From positions 558,001 through 622,000 of the forward strand of contig JBHGNT010000014.1 of NCBI GenBank assembly GCA_043228905.1: DNA of 64,000 nucleotides, written 5' to 3'. The notes below the pieces were generated by a model that saw only the letters and a program-made list of their open reading frames with translations, did not search any database and had not been told where the DNA came from. This stretch comes from Azolla caroliniana. Lineage: Eukaryota > Plantae > Polypodiophyta. Positions 62,666-64,000 of the stretch are shown piece after piece; within the stretch, counting starts at the first letter, position 1, and every line of letters starts with the position of its first letter. The translations under genes and the position numbers were made by a program.

Positions 62666-63940
62666 CCCCAAACCCATACCCAATCCATACCCGGGTAGCT
62701 CCCACAAACACTCCTTTCACATGAATCATAATACTAATCGATATAAACAATGGTCAGACCGTCATAGTCCTCATCACCATCATCAATCACAACCTCCACA
62801 GTCAAATTACCATCAACAAAACCACACTCCTCATCATCATCATCTACAATCACAAGCTTCACCATCATACCAACACCAACACCAACATCATCACCAACAG
62901 CCACTGAAACATTTTCATCCGCCATACTGTCATCAAACACAGGTACATCAACAGCGACCAGACCAACACCATCCACAAGTTCAACACCATCCGCAACCAC
63001 CGACCTTTCACCATCACCAACCATCAACCCTTCCTTAGCAATAGGCACTCATTCAACGCGCCTATTCCTATAATATAGCACCCAACGAACTCTCTTACCA
63101 ACAAAACCCAATTAACAGCAGACATAATATACATGACCTATTGTTAGACTCATCAACGTACCGATGACTCCACCGCCTCCCCGGGAACCAATCTTTTCTG
63201 ACCAACATCAATCCCATGTAATACCCCCGCCGAAAATGTGGACCACGGACATACCATGGACCACCACACATCCATTGTCAATGTCGCCACCACAACATCG
63301 CACATATGAGGTTCTCAGTGAAGGGTGCCAGAATAGTCACCCGCCCACTAGAAGCTCTCATCTTTTTGAACAGTCGTCGCTCGATCTGCATTGGATACTA
63401 ATGTCGCCATTACCATTTCCTTCGTCGCACCAATCCCATACCCATGTCGGGACTGCGTGGGGCAGCAGTCATGGGTATGGACCGCCTTCTAAAACATTCC
63501 CCTAACCCACCTATTACACCCACGTCGTCCCACATCCGCCCCTTCCCTTCCCAAGGAGCAGAACACATACCGCCTCAACCGCTTAATCCTCTCCAAGAAA
63601 GCATTATCCCCATGCTTAGAACCATCCCCATAGGAAGCATCCTCCCCATACATGTGTGTACTGAGATTCATGGACATCCTTACCCAAACCCACACAGTCA
63701 CTCTCTAATCCCTCACACACACAGTTACCCCTCGCTCCCTTCCTACTCTCACCCAAACTCACACTCACACATAAACCCCTCTTATCTCGACTCACACACA
63801 TACCCTTTTATTTATACACATACCCCTAATAATACCCTTCCTATCACCACTTCCCACTTACACCCACACAACTACATGTCACACACTTGTCCAAACCCCC
63901 CTTCTTCTTTTCTTCCCCCCCCCCCCCCCCCCACACACAC

Positions 63941-63966
63941 TAAACCCTAAACCCTAAACCCTAAAC
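63941..63966 (-). repeat. (CCCTAAA)3 telomeric repeat
   Basis: TAAACCCTAAACCCTAAACCCTAAAC. Confidence 0.8.
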
Positions 63967-64000
63967 GTGTAACGCGGCATGCGAATCGTACAAATAGATG

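Noticed and set aside
62721-63038. His/Gln-rich protein gene
   Set aside because: Translation of CAY/CAA low-complexity DNA with no domain or gene structure.
63941-64000. True chromosome end
   Set aside because: Only three perfect repeats, followed by non-telomeric sequence.

Overview
Gene-free plant heterochromatin, most likely from a moss or other bryophyte, built almost entirely from nested LTR retrotransposons. I found no host gene, rRNA, intact tRNA or CRISPR array. 1-27.9 kb is a nested Ty1/Copia cluster with tRNA-iMet PBSs and 5-bp TSDs. A near-intact AT-rich element (A1) and two GC-rich elements (B2, with B3 inside it) sit in element B1, which itself sits in an older LTR. Two non-autonomous Gypsy-type elements (NA1, NA2) are inserted in B2; they lack gag/pol but carry a long repetitive ORF. 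28-31.7 kb is AT-rich and unexplained. 31.7-60 kb holds chromovirus (Tcn1/RLG1-like) relics interrupted by non-chromovirus Gypsy elements (Phygy-like, tRNA-Trp PBS; G1, G2 and three solo LTRs), an RT-less Copia and Tork-like LTRs. 60-64 kb is a decayed second copy of family A and a telomere-repeat-bracketed unknown. Best leads: (1) the Trp-PBS Gypsy lineage makes 4-bp TSDs centred on CpG; (2) its non-autonomous members carry a ~790-codon disordered ORF conserved in frame; (3) antisense tRNA-like A/B-box cassettes lie in LTRs of two Gypsy lineages; (4) Copia B has a ~175-aa charged tail fused to RNase H between two PPTs; (5) a -1 frameshift with a predicted pseudoknot lies between protease and RT. 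Lineage names are inferred from motifs, not from database searches.
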